Shown here piece after piece: positions 29,063 through 29,650 of a stretch of 29,650 bases of DNA. How positions within the stretch are numbered: the stretch's first letter is position 1; the number at the start of each line of letters is the position of its first letter. The DNA comes from Oscillospiraceae bacterium (GTDB lineage: Bacteria; Bacillota; Clostridia; Oscillospirales; Ruminococcaceae), in the NCBI GenBank assembly GCA_047973285.1, contig JBKEBR010000259.1, forward strand, positions 1 to 29,650, in the 5' to 3' direction. A program made the position numbers and the translations under genes. The notes below the pieces were generated by a model. The model was not told the origin of the DNA and searched no databases. It worked only from the letters and a program-made list of their open reading frames with translations.

Positions 29063-29650
29063 TCAGGCAAAAAGCCTGCCGTAAAAGCTGCCGGCGTTGT
29101 CAAGGTTTTGCTGCCAGCCATTGTTTTTGGCAAGCTGCTCGGCGGTAAAACCCCGCAGGCCAAGGCGGTAGCCCTCCAGCAGCAGCTGCCCGTTGGCGGT
29201 GGTGCCGTCGTACTGGGTAAAGGTCAAATCAAGCCCGGCAAGGGCGGGGCAGTCTTGCCAGGCGGTGGTAAGCTTCTCTATGCTGCCCTCGCCCTTTTCC
29301 TCGCCAAAAATGCCGTATTGCTGCTGGTAAAATTCCGCCTCTTCGGGGCTTACCAAAAACAAAACAGGCTCCCCGGCGCTGAAGGCGCCGGAAAGGCGGG
29401 TAACACCCGCCATTTGGGTGTAGGGGTCTTGCGCGGTTAGGGGTTGGCTTTCTGCCTGGCTTTCGGCAGGCTCGCTTTCTTCGGTGCCGGCGGTGATGGC
29501 ATACACCTCTATTTGCACAACTATTTTGCCGTCTCCGTTCACGTCCTCTGCATAAGCGGCAAGGCTTTCCTGCAGCTTGACGGTAAGGTCATCCGGCAGG
29601 GAAGAGGGGCTGATAATGCCAATGGAAATGTCGGGTTTAACCTGGGTTAC
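29063..29650 (-). CDS. Hypothetical protein, 5' end beyond the window; probably membrane-anchored and extracytoplasmic
   Basis: Frame is open to the window edge: VTQVKPDISIGII...AYAEDVNGDGKIVVQIEVY...DPYTQMAGVTRL. Contains a DxNGDG loop and has host-like codon usage. Confidence 0.8.
   Translation of the reverse strand, partial: VTQVKPDISIGIISPSSLPDDLTVKLQESLAAYAEDVNGDGKIVVQIEVYAITAGTEESEPAESQAESQPLTAQDPYTQMAGVTRLSGAFSAGEPVLFLVSPEEAEFYQQQYGIFGEEKGEGSIEKLTTAWQDCPALAGLDLTFTQYDGTTANGQLLLEGYRLGLRGFTAEQLAKNNGWQQNLDNAGSFYGRLFA

Overview
Chromosomal, mostly housekeeping window from a Clostridia-class Firmicute; protein style suggests Oscillospiraceae/Ruminococcaceae (inference). Left to right: T-box-regulated thrS (-, cut by the left edge); rny, ymdB, prfC; a GT2 glycosyltransferase, a diacylglycerol-kinase-family gene split by an in-frame TAG and a DUF624-like membrane protein; a ribbon-helix-helix (RHH) protein gene directly upstream of clpB; a YfbK-like vWA lipoprotein gene with an in-frame deletion and an in-frame TAG; a GNAT; a polar amino acid ABC transporter with tandem ARG boxes; a ~285 bp transposase-less IS200/IS605-like element; a PAT/YncA-type GNAT; a complete shikimate plus Phe/Tyr operon (pheA-aroB-aroC-aroE/K-aroQ-aroF-aroA-tyrA, -); and a partial hypothetical gene at the right edge. 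The best novelty candidates are the RHH-clpB unit with a palindromic operator over its promoter, the mini IS200-like element with a structured interior, the two in-frame amber codons (decay, sequencing error or readthrough) and the structured rny leader. No CRISPR, tRNA, rRNA, prophage or defence genes were seen. All family assignments come from motif recognition, not database searches.
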